The notes under the pieces were generated by a model, which saw nothing but the letters and a program-made list of their open reading frames with translations, had not been told where the DNA came from and made no database searches. Both the position numbers and the translations under genes were made by a program. A stretch of 64,000 bases of DNA from Bacteroidota bacterium (GTDB taxonomy: Bacteria > Bacteroidota > Bacteroidia > UBA7662 > CANHCV01). The DNA lies in NCBI GenBank assembly GCA_947459245.1, contig CANHCV010000001.1, positions 25,364 through 89,363 of the forward strand, written 5' to 3'. Every line of letters begins with the position of its first letter. Position 1 is the first letter of the stretch. Positions 63,852 to 64,000 of this stretch are shown here, one piece after another.

Positions 63852-64000
63852 ATGTTTACGGTTCCTAATCTCATTACTTTACTGAATTTGGTTTGCGGCG
63901 TTTTTGGCATCGCATTCATGATTCAAGAACGTACCGTGGAAGCTTCCATGCTCATTGTTTTGGCAGGAGTGATGGATGTTTTGGACGGTTGGGCCGCCCG
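63852..64000 (+). CDS. CDP-alcohol phosphatidyltransferase (PssA-like), 5' part only
   Basis: N-terminus MFTVPNLITLLNLVCGVFGIA...DVLDGWAA carries the start of the DGxxAR motif. Continues past the window end. Confidence 0.6.
   Translation, partial: MFTVPNLITLLNLVCGVFGIAFMIQERTVEASMLIVLAGVMDVLDGWAA

Noticed and set aside
1-64000. CRISPR arrays, rRNA genes, integrases/recombinases, toxin-antitoxin pairs
   Set aside because: I scanned for short regularly spaced direct repeats, rRNA-like conserved blocks, and tyrosine/serine recombinase motifs, and found none. The only mobile-element trace is the transposase fragment at 2553-2762.

Overview
This 64-kb window looks like a chromosomal segment from a Bacteroidota genome, probably a Flavobacteriia- or Cytophagia-like organism. 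The evidence is genome-wide: no Shine-Dalgarno sequences, recurrent TAnnTTTG -7 promoter elements, a T9SS type-B C-terminal sorting domain, and a short ~325-aa NuoG. It is densely coding, with about 70 CDS and frequent 4-bp start/stop overlaps. No rRNA, CRISPR array, integrase or intact prophage/IS is visible.

Recognisable content, in order:
- GT2/GT4 glycosyltransferases, an initiator tRNA-fMet, and a decayed ISL3-like transposase remnant next to it.
- A LysR regulator divergent from a long-form NAD-IDH-like dehydrogenase.
- A translationally coupled pair: an unknown double-zinc-ribbon protein plus a short SbtA/DUF897-family permease.
- An M20 dipeptidase and a large T9SS type-B cargo protein.
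- A cytochrome c peroxidase-RlmN-GreA-like operon.
- An MFS-GH20 hexosaminidase-LuxE-like operon.
- PDH E2 divergent from E1-beta, a biotin carboxylase, an orphan histidine kinase/RluA/orphan ABC-ATPase cluster, and TrhO.
- A five-gene envelope operon (LMW-PTP, cytochrome-c-like lipoprotein, OB-fold protein, YceI, OM beta-barrel).
- An EEP-methyltransferase-PAP2-ZIP gene run, then nuoGHIJKLMN (nuoA-F absent from the window).
- A NagK-like-dxs-cyclase-PAP2 operon, an M23/LysM peptidase, purN, hutU, an Omp85-family protein, TrmH, DUF1573, an HK/OmpR-type RR pair, ybaB, a TolB-propeller-amidohydrolase fusion, and the start of a CDP-alcohol phosphatidyltransferase.

The best candidates for undescribed biology are the Zn-ribbon protein + SbtA-family permease pair, the YceI/cytochrome-c/OB-fold/beta-barrel envelope operon, and the orphan HK-RluA-ABC ATPase-acidic protein cluster. 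A GH20 enzyme with an extreme polybasic tether, fused to an acyl-adenylate-forming enzyme in one operon, is also notable. All functional calls rest on reading motifs by eye; no searches were run.
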